Below, in pieces: positions 35,328-64,000 of a DNA stretch of 64,000 nucleotides. The notes under the pieces were generated by a model, which was not told the DNA's origin, ran no database searches, and saw nothing but the letters and a program-made list of their open reading frames with translations. Every line of letters starts with the position of its first letter. The stretch's first letter is position 1. The translations under genes were made by a program, and so were the position numbers. The stretch is taken from positions 24,802,001-24,866,000 of the forward strand of contig CM119372.1 of assembly GCA_051294905.1 (NCBI GenBank). The letters run 5' to 3'. This stretch comes from Botryllus schlosseri (lineage: Eukaryota).

Positions 35328-36907
35328 ACATTGGCGTTTCGAAAATCTGCAGATTCGAATATAGATAAAATATATCCTTCTGAAATGTGTATGTCGTTGG
35401 TTGGTAGGAATGTAGATAACTAACCTACGGAAGTTAGTTATATATAGCAGGAAAGAGGCTTTTGATTGATGAAAGCTATGTCATGCCATCATGCAGACAT
35501 AAAAAATTTTCGTGTAGTAGGCTATTTCACTAGTCAGCCTACAACTACATTCTACCTAACTAATCCTTAATGACAAAATTTTGGGTACGTACTAAGTTTG
35601 TGCTCTTATTTTGATGTAATATGTGTTGATTGCGTCACAATGGATCCGCGACGTCACTCGGTTGAAATGTTCGACCCCCCTGATTTAACCCGTCAAATAT
35701 AGGCTACTACTCCACAGTACTGTCATTATATGATTCATTTGATATGCAAGGAATTTCAACCTTATATGTTCAGGGTAGACCTACTTATACAAGTTCGTTT
35801 GCAAACTCGAACCTCTGAATTGTCAAGGTTCGCATATCGAACACGAACAGTATCGAACAAGAACCGAACGTTCGCACCATCATAGAGTTTGAAATTATCG
35901 GGACTGATGAGACATTTGTTAAATTTGACTCCAGAAGTTTACAGCAGAAATGTTATTTGCAACATCTCGAATACATGATTCTTTATCCCAATGCCCTCCT
36001 ATCATAGCCTTTGTAGTCTGGAGTCAATTATTAAATTCGCAACGTGCATTTGACTAATTTTTCGTCAGTTCTGATAAATTTCGAAAATTGGTTTATAACA
36101 CGTCTCCGTATCAGTATAAAATGCTGGAATTCCTAATAAGTAGATTAGATGAAAGCATAGCATTTATAAGGGCCATGATGAAAGTACTACAGGCTCGTGG
36201 CTATTGTTCCGGACTCCGGACTACAAAGATATTAGAGTTTAGACTGCTTCACACAATTTATTCATCTTATATACCAGACTTTTCTCAGACAACTTGATAA
36301 TATTTTAGACTGTTTCCAGTGCCTTAAGCTTCCAATAAAAGTATTTGAATTATTCCTACGCCCGTTACCATTATTTCAAAGCCGAGAAAGCGCTGATATT
36401 CTTCATCTTCGGCGCTTTCTGATGTCTATTGTCGTTCCGCTTGACGACGTAATATTACGAACATAAAATTCCTTGGGGCGTTGGGCGATTAATATGGCTG
36501 GATGTCGGACTAAGCGAAGTTCAATATTGAGGATTATTCGGGGTAAATCAGGTGGTATGTCATGGACTTGCATTTAGGATGGTCTGGCTATATCGACATA
36601 GGGGATCCAGATTCGAGAAATTTACAACGGTATCACACTTTTTGTTTGTCAACTTCTGTCTTCTATTTTCGGCACAGTTATTTTACTGTTTTATTCATTT
36701 ATTCGATTCGTCGCGTTTATGCGGCAATACACACCATACTTCTTAGCTGCCGGTAGCTCGTGCTTAGCGAAACACATGGAAAGTTGAGACATAGAATGAT
36801 AAAAGAAGCTTGAATGCATACCGCACTTGTGGAACTGTAAGAATCCGATCTACTGATTACTGTACACTGCCCTATTTCACACCGTAGTAGCTGCTCAAGA
36901 ACGAAAA

Positions 36908-63710
<26,803 letters not shown>

Positions 63711-64000
63711 GTGAGTATTCCTCACTTCGAGGGCAGGATTTTTTTGATGATCTCAATTGCACATGAATACACCGTACCAGATCACTCACACATTTGCTCA
63801 GAGTGCGTGAAAATAGCCAATTCTCTCCATTGGTCCTTGCGAGCATTTCAATAATATGCTCGCTCCCGTACGATGTCTTATTATGGTCAAAGTAGTCAGC
63901 GTTTCTATTCTAGTCTAAGTAAATTTAGTAATGCCAATTTCTACTCAATTACAAGTCTAAGTAAAAATGGAGGTCTGAAATGTACAGGGGTAATGATTCC

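Overview
Intron-rich, AT-rich animal genomic DNA; the gene content and divergence suggest an invertebrate chordate such as an ascidian, but that is inference. The right half holds two + strand genes that I could splice by hand with consistent intron phases. One is a compact 4-exon engrailed gene (30345-35327, 200 aa) with EH1, EH2/3, homeodomain and EH5, but an unusually divergent homeodomain. The other, 1.6 kb downstream, is scribble (36908 to beyond 63710; 31 candidate exons; LRRs, LAPSD, 4 PDZ domains, two SADH-like motifs), which runs off the window. The left half is dense with non-autonomous hAT-type elements with 8-bp TSDs, tRNA-derived SINEs and CR1/L2-group LINE fragments, including a five-level nested insertion (22721-28671) and a composite element that has moved as a unit. 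It also contains a 3-exon Sulfotransfer_4-like pseudogene (- strand) and a possible small secreted-protein gene (- strand). No transposase ORF, rRNA, true tRNA or CRISPR array was seen. All homology calls come from motif recognition, not database searches.
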